Origin: Octopus bimaculoides
Taxonomy: Eukaryota
Reading direction: 5' to 3'
Length of the DNA stretch: 64,000 nucleotides
Assembly: GCF_001194135.2 (NCBI RefSeq)
Contig: NC_068986.1
Location: forward strand, 63,961,055-64,025,054
The translations under genes and the position numbers were made by a program. Under the pieces are notes generated by a model. It did not search any database, was not told the origin of the DNA, and saw only the letters and a list, made by a program, of their open reading frames with translations. Shown here piece after piece: positions 51,640 to 64,000 of the stretch. The number at the start of each line of letters is the position of its first letter. Positions within the stretch are counted from its first letter, which is position 1.

Positions 51640-54600
51640 CACCTTCTTGTTCGTAACACTCTTCCTTAAATCTCTTTTGGGTCTTGCATGCCTCTTCAAA
51701 CACTTTCACTCCACTCCACACTTTTGTTCACCATCCAGCTCGATCTGAAGCAAGGGTTTCTATGTCCTCTGGATCCATTCCAAGTGACTTCATAGTGGTC
51801 CTTATGCCATCCTTAAACCTTTTTTTAGGTTTACGCCAATAGCGTTTCCCTTCTACAAGCTCACCGTAAAACAGCTTTTTGGGCATGCGTTCATCCGCCA
51901 TTTGAACCATATGGCCACACCATCTCATTTGGTTTCTCAAAATCATCGCTTTAATTGAGGGGATGCCTGCAGATGCAAGGATATCTGTGTTTCGAATAAA
52001 AGAACTCCATTTAATAATTAAAATGTGATGAAGGCATTTTTGGTAGAATTGTTCTTAAAATTTTAAATGCCTTTCATAACAAGTCCATGTTTCACAAGAA
52101 TACAACAGAGATGGAATGACAAATGATTTGTAAAGAGCCAGATTTGTATTCTTATTTATATGTCGCTGGCACCAAACGCGTGACTCCAAGCCACCAAATG
52201 CTTTTGCTGCCCTTTCAATTCGCATCATTTTGTACAGAGCTTCCAAGGTAGATAAATGAATCAACAACCTCAAGTAACTTACCCTTAACAAAAATTTTTG
52301 TGGGGTTAAAAACAGCACCACATGCATTACAACTGTTGTTTTAAACTTGATGGCTAAGCCAAAATCATCACAAGCTGAATCAAATGCAGATAGAAGAGAA
52401 TGACTGACAAGATTGCAGTCGTCAGTGTACAAAAGTTCCCTAATGAGTGAAATAAAAACCCTCGTTTTGAATTTCAGTCTGGTCAGATTAAAAATATTTC
52501 CTGCTGTTTGATATTTTATGTAAATACCCTCCTCAGAGTTTTGAAAAGCATTCAAAAACACAACAGCAAAATATATTGCAAAGAGGGTGGGTGCATCAAG
52601 GTCTCCTTTTACATGACAAAAGATTCAGAGAGCCTACCACCAAAGTTAACTCTAGTTTTCATATCTTGATGCAAAGCCCTGATCATGTTTACAAATTTTT
52701 CTGGGCAACCTTCATTAGAATTAGCCACAGAGCATTTTGATTAACAGTATCGAATGATTTGCTCAAATCAACAAGGCAATGGTACAGGGCAAGATTCCGT
52801 TCAATGCACTTTTCTTGCAATTGTCTGATAGTAAAGATACAATCAGCTGTGCCCCTGGAGGAACGAAAATCACACTAAGACTCAGATACTATATTTGGAA
52901 CTATGAAGGTATTTAAGTGTTCTAACAAAATGCAGGCAAGTACCTTTCCAACCACAAACAAAAGTGAAATCCCACAAAAAGTACCACACAGATCCTTTTG
53001 CCCCGATTTATACAAGACTAAAATGGCATCAATCCAGTCCTGAGGCACTTTCTCAGTTCTCCAACAGTGACAAATTAATATACTTAAGAGTTCNNNNNNN
53101 NNNNNNNNNNNNNNNNNNNNNNNNNNNNNNNNNNNNNNNNNNNNNNNNNNNNNNNNNNNNNNNNNNNNNNNNNNNNNNNNNNNNNNNNNNNNNNNNNNNN
53201 NNNNNNNNNNNNNNNNNNNNNNNNNNNNNNNNNNNNNNNNTTCTACCCAGTGCTTATGAATAGAAGTGGTGTCAGTCAGAAGCAAATGGACATTTGCTGT
53301 TCTCACTGGAGCTATTGAAGAAGACTGTGAGCCATATATCTCCTTAACATAAGAGTACAAACCCTTGGCATCATTTCTATCAGCTGCTTCTTGTGCCCAC
53401 TTCACTCTATCATTTCACCATTCCTGTTTAATTTTCCTAAGGGTAGTCTGCACTTTCCCTTTCAGATTTCTGTAAGCTTCGTTTGAGTTGGGGTTCAAGG
53501 ACTGAGAAAGAAGTGTATTGCCTAAGTTTTGTTTTTCTAAAAGCAAATTATGAATTTCTGCTGATCTGAGAACCAGTTACTGAACTTATGTGATTTAAAT
53601 CTCACTGACGAACTTGCAGCCTGAAATACTTTTGTTTTGAAATCTTCCCATAGATTGTTTGGGTCAAGATTGATACTTTCTATAGCATTGTGGAATCTTT
53701 GCAAGCTGCTTGATAATTTAAAGTTTGCAACATTTAACTTTTTGGGTACCTTAGGGTTAGACTGTCAATTTTTAGACATTATCGAAAAATTTATTTTTCC
53801 ATGCACTAGATGATGGTCAATCCAGCTCTCTGCCCTTCTCATGGCCCGAACGCTAGAAATGTCTTTCATATCACGTTTTCTGATCAGAATATAATGTATG
53901 AGATGCCAGTACTTAGATCTTGGGTGCATCCAGGTGGTTTTATATTTATTTTTCTGCTTAAACAGATGTTAGTGACAACCAGATTATTCTCAGTACAAAA
54001 CCTCAAAAGAGCTACTCCATTTTTATTGCATTTTCCAATCCCATGTCGACCTAAAACAGGCCATGAAACATAGTCCTTTCCAACTCTGGTGTTAAAATCT
54101 CCCAATATAACCAGCTTGTCAGAAATTGGCACTTTCTTCAATAATTGTGCTAGATCATCATAAAACTGTCCTACAGTTTCATCAGAACGGGATATTGTTG
54201 GTGCATAAATACTGACAAAGGTAAGAAACCTACCTTTTGTCAGTTTAATACAGCATGACATGATCCGTTCAGATATACCACTTGGAAGCTCTGCAATGGA
54301 GGAAACTAATGTATTCTTGAGAGCAAACCAGATTCTCTACGCTTCAAAAGATAGTATATCCATAAGTAGGTTCATTTACTTGACCCTCACTAGAGAGATG
54401 AGTTTCAGAGAGCACAACTATATCAAGAGAATATTTCTTAAGCTCACATGCAATAAGTGCAGTATGCCTTTCTGGCCTCTTGTTGAAATTATCATTAAGA
54501 AGTGTGCACACATTTCAACAACCGAAATTCAAAAGATGTTCATTTTTACTTTTTCTTGAAGATTGTTTGACCACAGTGGCAAGATGATGACCAGGCCTAG

Positions 54601-54960
54601 CCTGTGATAAACTGGGACACCTGCCAAGCCAGACATGTTCCCCTGATGTTCCCAAGCCTTTTTTGCCATTTACTGAATCTATTTTAGACATTTTAGAGTA
54701 AGTTACAAGTGCATTTTTACGTTTCTGCCAACCAACCAATTCAATGATTTTACTAAGATTTGGTGTACAGGAAGTACCTGTGAAGATGAATAATTTTCAG
54801 TGGGTGTAGCTTGCACTGCACTATTCCTACCTATTGGCTCAAGACTTTCACCAGTGTGACATGAAAATTGACAAAACCAGGAACTTCAAAGGCCTCAGGT
54901 TTTATTTCAGAGATTTCCTTCTCCTAGGTAGATTACCAACTAAGGTTAAAGAGCTTCCAC
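51640..54960 (-). mobile_element. Near full-length decayed RTE-BovB-like LINE
   Basis: VSIYAPT..LVILGDFNTRVG (endonuclease), ELLYTDD (RT) and MRWCGHMVQMADERMPKKLFYGEL (C-terminus). An RTE-type 5' region lies near 54880-54960. Many disablements. Confidence 0.9.
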
Positions 54961-55325
54961 CTGCCAATGAGGTAAGCTATCCCATTTCAGACACCAAACC
55001 AACACTCAGACGCTCTATAAAGTGATCAAAATATCACTCTGGTGACTGACGTGGAGTAGCTCATTCATACATGACAAAAAAAAAAAAGAAGAAAAGTACG
55101 ATGTGATTTGCAAATATGAATAAGAATTAAATATAAATAATGTATATGAATATAAAAAAGTAAAAGATATGCAATTTAGAAATATAAATAAAGTGTATAT
55201 AAAAGTAAAAATATACATATATATACATATAAGAAGAAAAAAGACATTACATATTTACAGATATTTTGTTGGATGGTCGTTGATTGTTCATGAGTTCCTC
55301 CACCCTTTTATATGCATGTACATAC

Positions 55326-55380
<55 letters not shown>

Positions 55381-56259
55381 NNNNNNNNNNNNNNNNNNNN
55401 NNNNNNNNNNNNNNNNNNNNNNNNNNNNNNNNNNNNNNNNNNNNNNNNNNNNNNNNNNNNNNNNNNNNNNNNNNNNNNNNNNNNNNNNNNNNNNNNNNNN
55501 NNNNNNNNNNNNNNNNNNNNNNNNNNNNNNNNNNNNNNNNNNNNNNNNNNNNNNNNNNNNNNNNNNNNNNNNNNNNNNNNNNNNNNNNNNNNNNNNNNNN
55601 NNNNNNNNNNNNNNNNNNNNNNNNNNNNNNNNNNNNNNNNNNNNNNNNNNNNNNNNNNNNNNNNNNNNNNNNNNNNNNNNNNNNNNNNNNNNNNNNNNNN
55701 NNNNNNNNNNNNNNNNNNNNNNNNNNNNNNNNNNNNNNNNNNNNNNNNNNNNNNNNNNNNNNNNNNNNNNNNNNNNNNNNNNNNNNNNNNNNNNNNNNNN
55801 NNNNNNNNNNNNNNNNNNNNNNNNNNNNNNNNNNNNNNNNNNNNNNNNNNNNNNNNNNNNNNNNNNNNNNNNNNNNNNNNNNNNNNNNNNNNNNNNNNNN
55901 NNNNNNNNNNNNNNNNNNNNNNNNNNNNNNNNNNNNNNNNNNNNNNNNNNNNNNNNNNNNNNNNNNNNNNNNNNNNNNNNNNNNNNNNNNNNNNNNNNNN
56001 NNNNNNNNNNNNNNNNNNNNNNNNNNNNNNNNNNNNNNNNNNNNNNNNNNNNNNNNNNNNNNNNNNNNNNNNNNNNNNNNNNNNNNNNNNNNNNNNNNNN
56101 NNNNNNNNNNNNNNNNNNNNNNNNNNNNNNNNNNNNNNNNNNNNNNNNNNNNNNNNNNNNNNNNNNNNNNNNNNNNNNNNNNNNNNNNNNNNNNNNNNNN
56201 NNNNNNNNNNNNNNNNNNNNNNNNNNNNNNNNNNNNNNNNNNNNNNNNNNNNNNNNNNN

Positions 56260-56490
56260 TTGTTCTTTGTGGAGAGTAGTTCTTCTACGGAGTGAGATTC
56301 CTGTTTGGCCAATATAGTAATTACTGCACCCTAAGCATGTAATGGCATAGATTAGATTTTCCGAGGCACAGGTGAAATTTGATTTAATCTTAAACATTTC
56401 ACCTTGTTTAAAGTGGAACTCAGAACCCTCCAAAAGGTGGGGGCAAGTCCCACAGTTAGGTCGACCACATTTTTTTACTTTTGGTTCTGT
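56260..56490 (-). mobile_element. PLE GIY-YIG endonuclease fragment (Neptune/Naiad-type, CxxC between the motifs)
   Basis: KCGRPNCGTC..FTCASENLIYAITCLGCSNYYIGQTGISLRRRTTLH, stop-free. Begins at (TA)n and runs into a gap whose other side is also (TA)n. Confidence 0.85.
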
Positions 56491-56799
56491 TAATATATAT
56501 ATATATATATACATACACACACACGTACATACATGTGTATATATATGTACATATGTATATACGTATTCGTCGGTAATTGATGAAGAATTATAGAATTATA
56601 TGTTTTTGATTTTACATTCAGCATATGTCATGTCGTTTGTTTATACATTTTTTCATTTGTAAAAGGTTGATAGTTGCAATAGAGACATTAGTCTCTCTCT
56701 ATCACCTTTCAACAAAATTATATATTAAGAAACAGTAGAACAATTAACAACATAATAAAAATAAGTTTTATTTTTGGTGATGCTTGGTTTTACAAATCC

Positions 56800-57107
56800 T
56801 GTGTTATTCAGCTTGGCAGCCGCTGGTTAACTAGTAATCAGCATTGGAAGGTTAAAAGCTTCGTTGAGGCATCTGAGAGGAGCAAGTTGTTGTTACATCG
56901 AAGGCATCGCGCTAAAGAGGGTTAGAAAACGAAAGAAGCGCTTTAAGTACTGGTTTTACTACACATGTGCACTCGACGGGCTTCCGGGAAGCAAGTCCCT
57001 TGCGCTTGCGTAGATTGTACTTCCTTAATGGCGGCCATAATTTCGTGCCACTACACGTTTATCAAGTAATGGAACGCAATACACCGAATTTATATTACCG
57101 AGTAAGT
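56800..57107 (+). promoter_or_regulatory. CpG-rich promoter-like island with probable first exon ending at a GTAAGT donor
   Basis: Local CpG enrichment. ETS/STAT-like CTTCCGGGAAG at 56981-56991, NRF1-like TGCGCTTGCGTA at 57001-57012, YY1-like AATGGCGG at 57027-57034, and CGA|GTAAGT at 57101/57102. Confidence 0.55.
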
Positions 57108-57220
57108 TTTTTATATACCCATGTGACACTTTTTCTCTCTCTCTTGCCTTCATCTTTCTCTCACCTTGTCACTTCTCTACTAGCCTTTCTACTTACTCCT
57201 TCTCTCTCTCCCTCTTGTAC

Positions 57221-57310
57221 TCCTAGCCTTTCTTCCTCTTGTATTCTTAGCTTTTCTTCCTCTTATATTCTTAGCTTTTCTTCCTTTTATATTCTTAGCC
57301 TTTCTCTCTC
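57221..57310. repeat. 24-bp pyrimidine-rich minisatellite (about 4 units)
   Basis: TAGC recurs at 57224, 57248, 57272 and 57296. This explains the RGRKAKN repeat in ORF 57189..57374. Confidence 0.8.
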
Positions 57311-57649
57311 TTGTATTCCTATCCTTTCTCCTTCCCCTTTTTTTTCTGTTGCTCACTCTCCCTGCTACTGTCATGTGACCAGCGACCAGTTCCTCTTTTT
57401 CTGCCTTTCTTAGACTAGCACTTTGCTGACCAGTTGCAAATTCTGTCTTTCCATTCTCTATTATTCAAAACATTTTCTAAGCATTACCTACTATTCTCGT
57501 CTTCTTGGTCCCAAGGCCATATTTTGTTTCACTGTTTGTCCTCGTCCACTGTCTGACATCACACTCTGTGTTATTTTACTTGTATTGTTTCATTTTGTTT
57601 GCTCTTGTCCCTAATTCTATGCAAGAAAACTTTTTTTAGTGGGTAAACT

Positions 57650-57870
57650 TTATTTAGAGCAGCAGACCCGCAGTCGAAGGATCACAGGTTCAAATATCAG
57701 ATCAAGTGATGTGTGTATTTATGAACAAAACACCTAAGCTCCATGTGGCCCTGGCAGAAGGTAATGGTGAACTTCTGCTGACTTTTTCACCACAACTTTC
57801 TCTCACTCTTTCTTCCTGTATCTAGCAGTTCACCTGCAATGGACCAGTATCCCGTCCAGGTCGGAACCTA
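57650..57870 (+). mobile_element. tRNA-derived SINE with a V-domain-like 3' part
   Basis: B-box-like ggttcaaatatc, then cctgcaatggaccagtatcccgtccagg resembling the V-SINE domain (from memory). Confidence 0.5.
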
Positions 57871-58355
57871 TACACCAATGAAACCAATAAAAAACAGACA
57901 ACAACATATATGTATACATAGGACAACATGCTGTGCTTGAGGAGACTTATTGAGTCAAGTACATCAAGTTCAAAATCAAATAGAAATTGCAGTTGTGATC
58001 CTTGTGCCGGTGGCACATAAAAAGCACCAACTGATTGTGGTCGTTGCTAGCCTCCTCTGGCCCCTGTACCGGTGGCACGTAAAAAGCACCCACTACACTC
58101 TCAGAGTGGTTGGCGTTAGGAAGGGCATCCAGCTGTAGAAACACTGGCAGATCAGACTGGAGCCTCGTGCAGCCTCCTGGCTTCCCAGACCCCAGTCGAA
58201 CTGTCCAGCATTGAAAACGGACGTTAAACGATGATGATGATGATGACATACATGTGCATATATATGTACATACATGTGTGTATGTATATATATATATACT
58301 TACACATGTGTGTATATACATATATATATATATACACACACACACATGCATGTAC

Positions 58356-58389
<34 letters not shown>

Positions 58390-59099
58390 TTGTACATACA
58401 TGTATTATTTTTAAATGTTTCAGCTTCAAAGCTGCGGTCATGCTGGGGCACCACCGGGGACTGAGCTACATTACTTGACCTATACGTTTTAACTGCATTG
58501 ATTAGTAACCATTGCAATTGCACCCTACTATAATACCAGTGCAGTTTCTTCAGGGTCTTCACTTTAATATCCTTTGATTTAACTGTTTAGAGTTTTTTGC
58601 TCATCTACTCTGCATTGTATGATGTGGAGTTGTTCATTAATTTAGACGCGAACTGTCTTCAATTCAAGGTTTGGTTGAATAATTCACTTGTAGCCAATTA
58701 TTTCAAACCATTCTGTTTTTCAAATGTTTATGACTCACTTACATTAAGCAAAGGTAAATTTCCTCATATGCAAGCATCTCAAAGCTTCTTTCCTGTCTAG
58801 AATTTATTATGTTACTCTTAGATGGTAAAATTCTTCTATACATAAGTCACATTTATTAGTTCCTGGTCTGTATGGTTTTGCAGTACTAATTAATTCACAA
58901 TTGATAGTATAGTCATTGTTTCTGTCTTTAATACACCAGATTAATTTACTTAGACTTGTTTGGAATCTTTTACTTTTATCTGTAAATGAACTGAAATGAT
59001 TAACCAGTCTCTTTTCGAAAATTAGTACAGACGCACCAATGTAAAAGTATTCATTTTCCTCAGCTGTAACTTATGTGTACATGTATATGTGTATGTATG

Positions 59100-59104
<5 letters not shown>

Positions 59105-59186
<82 letters not shown>
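59105..59186. repeat. Long (TA)n microsatellite, one of many (also about 20037-20103 and 55340-55380)
   Basis: Directly visible dinucleotide run. Confidence 0.95.
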
Positions 59187-59188
<2 letters not shown>

Positions 59189-62100
59189 GCATATTTAAGT
59201 AATAAACTATAGAATTCAGAGCTACCACTATATGTTACAATGTTTCATATAGTAATACATCTATGTAAACAGTAAAATCAAAGATAGAAAAAATAGGTAA
59301 TGAGTGTATATGCATATTATTACTCTTTCATCAGCACCACATCCAACCCATCAACTATCCACAAACACATTGCTTAAATACTCACTAAGTTTAGCAGTAT
59401 AACATTATTGGAAAGGCGGCAAGCTGGGAGAATCGTTAGCACACCGGGCGAAATGCTTAGCGGTATTTCATCTGTCGCTATGTTCTGAGTTCAAATTCCA
59501 CCGAGGTCAACTTTGCCTTTCATCCTTTCAGGGTCGATAAATTAAGTACCAGTGAAACAACTTGGGTCAATGTAATTGAGCAGTCCCTTCCCTGAAATTT
59601 CAGGCCTTGTGCCTATAGTAGAAAGCTGCCAGGAATGTGTTTAATATGTAAATTGGATAGAAACAAAATATTGTGTTCTTACTAGTAATTAATATTTACA
59701 TTCCTGGCAGCTTTCTACTATAGGCACAAAGCCTGAAATTGGAGGAACTCATGGAATGTTACTTTTTTTTCTACAATAATCCTTGGTGAGTGAATTTGCC
59801 AAACAGAAACTGTATGGAGGTCCTTTTTGTGTGCTTTTGTGCTTGTCACACACAAACAGAGCCTGTTAACCAGCACTGGTTTGTTTATATCCCTTAAATT
59901 CAACAAAAGAGAGCTACAGAATAAATACCAAACTTAAAAATATAAGTATTAGGGCTGATTTGTTTCATCAAACTTTTAAAAGTGCCTAAGATTATAAAAA
60001 GTAAAAGGTATATATATCTGTTGATTCAACAAGAAGTAATAAATGACAGAATGAAGACATTTTAACTGAACAGCTCAAAATGCCAGTACTCCCAGTTTCA
60101 CATTACTTCCTTTTTAGTCAACAATCTCATCATAGGTTATCTGAAGACATTTCAAAATATATGAAAACCATTCAGAAAAAACTTGCCTCAGCCAGTCATG
60201 TACGTATGTGTGTACAACAGTGAAAGATATCAAGATCAGTGAGAAAGCCAATAAGCTGATGCTTTCAGAAAAAGTTCATTGTGGTTTTCAAACCCAATTT
60301 ATAAATTAGCTCCCTTGACACTCAGCATCATAAATGTTGTGAACCAGTAAACAACACTGCTATTATTCAAATAAACACAGAAGATACAGATGGCGTCTCT
60401 GAGTCATTAATTCTCTTCACCAATCTATGTACAATCTTGTACATTTACTTAGTGATTACTTTATCACTACTTTAGCAAACATGGTAAAATCTGTTTTGCT
60501 AATGCGATCATAAGACAAACAGGAGTTGTCTCCCATGTTTGTTGAACAAGTACAATATTTTGACATCCTTGGTTTCAGACACATACCAAATTAAGAGGTT
60601 GCATGTAATTCTGTATCGATTCCTAAAAGGCTGCTTCTATGTTATTAATAACTTTTTCACTACTAAACCTTCCAACCATTCAAGTATATGAAGGTACAAA
60701 TGTTTCAAAATCTAATGCTATCCACTAAGTTCCTAGCTACAGGTACCAGAGTTGACCATCCCTTGAAACCTTTTCCTCTTTCATACTGTAACACTGTATT
60801 CTCCACAGTGATGATAAGTTGTCTTTTAACTTGCACTTCTTAGGGGGTTAGTACATGGTGCTTGATTTAGTTTTAAACATTTGCAGTTAAGTATAGGCAG
60901 AGCATTCTACCTATATTAGTGAATAAACAAAAGTATATCATAAAGGTATGGTAGCTTAAAAAATATTAACAATAATCATGGAAAATTTAAGAGTTCTGAC
61001 ATAATTACGACCAGTTGAAAAGAAGGACTGGATTATCAGTTGCTGGAAAATCTTGGGAAACATTGTATTTTTTTCCCCCTGCCAAAACAAATTCTAGTAA
61101 AAATTTTTAATGCTTTTATAATACATTTACAATGGGATCAAATCCAGCTGTCAATTTGATTTTTATTGCTGAGACAATGTGCTGTGAGAACTATGCTCAG
61201 ATGTCTTACAATCAGAGAGTAAGAACTCTCTTCCTAATTTGTGTTGACTGTACATCCTAGTAGCTCAATCAAGAACAAGTACTGTAGGACATAAACACTT
61301 TGCTACATCCAGTAGTGATAGTACAGTGAGGTCAACAAGTGTCTCATTTGCCTGCAGTACAGAGTTTACAGTTCATTTCCAAGGTTGCCTTTAATATACT
61401 TCCCAAAGAAGATTTTTCTGTCATTTACTTAATGCCAAGGAAGCCAAAGCTAATTAAATGGACTTAGCAAACCATAGAGGTCTGTGATATATTAAACATC
61501 CAACCTTAAAAATAAATTTCAACTACCAGTGGCTCAGATTAGTTGACACTTTCCAGTTCTAAAGTAACATTCTCTATATGAAACTAATTTCCACTTCACT
61601 GAGAAATGGAATCATACCATCTTCAATGCATAATTAATAAGGTATATTATTTTAGACAAGCTAACCAATGATGAGCATCAAAGCTCTGTCAGGTGTCAAA
61701 TTACTAGTTGAAGAATCAATAGACCATAACCAAGTTTTATCTCTGGAGTTTTCATAATCAAATGTTTAGCTTTCACTGACCAAGCTGTAAATAAATACGA
61801 GATAGAAATCAATACTGTGAACACTATATATCTGATTTGTTCCTTTGGCTCAAAATCAATTTAAAAACATATGGTAACAGAGTTGATTGAATCAGTTCTA
61901 GAAGGATGAAAGGTGAAGTCCAACCCCAAAAGATTGCAATGAAGGAAACTAAGTAGGGATTTTACAGCATCCATTGACTCACCACACATCTTTAACACAG
62001 CTTAGACCACATCTCGAAGACTGTTCCTTCTTTTCAGAGCCACAAAGTACTTCAGCTGCCAACAACACTATAATTGCCAAGAACACTACCAAATTTATGT

Positions 62101-62992
62101 CTTTTACATACTTTCTTAAATGAGTACAAAATCACTTATTACTATCAAAGTAATTAGTCGATTGAATTAAATTAGTATGACTGGAACTTATTTTTATCAA
62201 CCCTAGAAGGTGGGATATATCAGTTGCTCAAACACCTGAAAACTTGCAAATTCCAACCAACATCCATTATTTCTATTATCACGATATATTCTACTGTAAA
62301 ATAGAGGTAAAGTTCCAGCTAAGCAAACTTGCAACACAAGTTTTATTGTTGTGGTTGCTGTCTCAGTACACACTTTCTTCATAGTTACAATATCCAGCTA
62401 CAGATGATAGAGAGGGATCAGTTCCACAGGCTTACCGTTTATTTTCAATATTGTTTGTTCTTGTTGCTGTTTAGCCCAAGTCAGCTCTAATTGCACAGAT
62501 TTATGACCAAAGGTATTCCAGTTATAGTCATCCTATGTATTTTTAGGAGTATCTAGAACATTATCCAATATCTTCTAACTTTGCTTCTCTCTCTCTTATT
62601 ACCCCAACTCTTGGTAACAATCTATTCAATGAATAGATTGAGAAAAAAACCTTTTAATCTTGCTGAGTATATGATAACCTCTTTAGTGCTTGTGCCAAAA
62701 TAAAATGCACCCAATACCCTCTATAATGTACCTAGTGGTAGGAAGAGCACTCAGCTGTACAAACTACAACAGAATTGAAACATGAGTAAGTGTTCCACCA
62801 ACCCATCTAGAAGGGCAGTAACTCTGAACAAGAACTAACTAAAGTGTAAATATAGGAAGATTTGATAGCAAACCATGTAATTGCATAACAGCTCTCTTGT
62901 TGACTTGTCAATATTATTTGTGATCTACTTTGTTACAAAAGCCCAGTATATTATGTAGAAAAGTTTTAATAATAATGATTATATATATATAT

Positions 62993-64000
62993 ATAGTCCC
63001 TGCTGACAAAACTGGAAATTTGTACAGACTGGATTATACTACTTACAAAAAACTGATCATGAAGGAACTTAACTCCAAATACAAAATAACCTCTAAAAGA
63101 AATCTATCGGAAATTAATTTAAAAATTAAGAAAATTATGCAGGACTATGACTTAATTGCTAGAACTGAACCACTGGTTCCAGCTGAGCCTAGGATTAACT
63201 TGAAAGACCACAAGAAGAACTTCCAGGATAACCCGACTGTGAGACTAATTTGCCCATCTAGGTCTGACATTGGCAGACTTAGTAAACTTATACTAGACAA
63301 TATTTTACCTCTTATAATTCCTATTTTATCCTTAAAGTTATGGAATAATACCGAAGAAGCACTAAACTGGTTTAAATCTATTGACAACACCGGTAACTTT
63401 TCTTTTATTCAGTTTGATATAAATAACTATTATTCTAGCATATCCCCTATTCTCCTAAATAAGGCTCTCATTTTTGCTATGAATCGCTCCCTCATTACTA
63501 AGGATAAGATAGACATTATTTTGTTAGCTAGAAGAACTATTATTGAATTTTATAGCAAGCTCTGGACTAGAGCCAATACCTCAGATAATTTTGATATTCC
63601 AATGGGGTCGAGCGATTCGGCTGAGGTTACGAATCTAGTAGGAGCTTACCTTTTATATTGCTTAAACAAAGAAATCCCGGAGCTAAAAGGCGGTCTGTAT
63701 AGGGATGATGCTTTATTCATCATCCCTAGTAATAATAAATCTTTCATTGATAGAATAAGAAAGAAAATTAGGAAATTTTTTAGAAGTTTTAACTTAAATA
63801 TTACATTCGAATATGGCAATACGATTGTAAATTTTTTAGATACCACTCTTAACATAGAAGCTAGATTATACCACCCATATAGAAAAGAAAATGAAGTTAC
63901 TAGATATGTAAGTAGATTTTCCAATCATCCACCAAATGTATTAAATTCTATAGTTAAAGGTATTACCGAGAGAATTACTAAATTATCTTCCAACATTGAT
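62993..64000 (+). mobile_element. Penelope-like reverse transcriptase, uninterrupted frame running off the window end
   Basis: IVPADKTGNLY, NLKDHKKNFQDNPTVRLICP, QFDINNYYSSI, FDIPMGSSDSAEV, GLYRDD, VNFLD, YHPYRK and SNHPP. I found no stop in about 335 codons. Absent from the ORF track because it has no stop inside the window. Confidence 0.92.

Noticed and set aside
56260-56490. Selenoprotein-type (Naiad) recoding in the GIY-YIG fragment
   Set aside because: The frame is stop-free with ordinary Cys codons and no in-frame TGA.
1-64000. CRISPR arrays, operons, rRNA or intact tRNA genes
   Set aside because: None seen. The DNA is intron-rich eukaryotic sequence, and the GTTC(A/G)AAT B-box-like motifs belong to SINE heads.

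Overview
AT-rich animal genomic DNA with many (TA)n/(CA)n/(ATT)n microsatellites and N gaps. The repeat repertoire suggests a cephalopod (Octopus-like) draft assembly; this is inference. The only confidently supported host gene is the 3' part of a p190 RhoGAP (ARHGAP35/ARHGAP5 family) on the + strand: 7 coding exons with consistent splice phases between 2451 and the stop at 28615. A CpG-rich promoter-like island with a probable first exon lies near 57 kb. The rest is mostly transposon-derived: RTE/BovB LINEs, a Hero-like RLE relic, piggyBac, mariner, a Helitron-like element, hAT and TTAA MITEs, several SINE families and at least four Penelope-like (PLE) pieces. The most interesting observations are: an in-frame 18-nt candidate microexon inside the RhoGAP domain; a 530-bp fold-back element carrying two divergent hammerhead-ribozyme-like motifs; a PLE with ~1.25-kb inverted pseudo-LTRs; an uninterrupted PLE reverse transcriptase frame running off the window end; and an orientation-polarised SINE array in the last intron. 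An Illumina adapter remnant and two false gaps were also seen. Most ORF-track entries are microsatellite, N-gap or chance ORFs.
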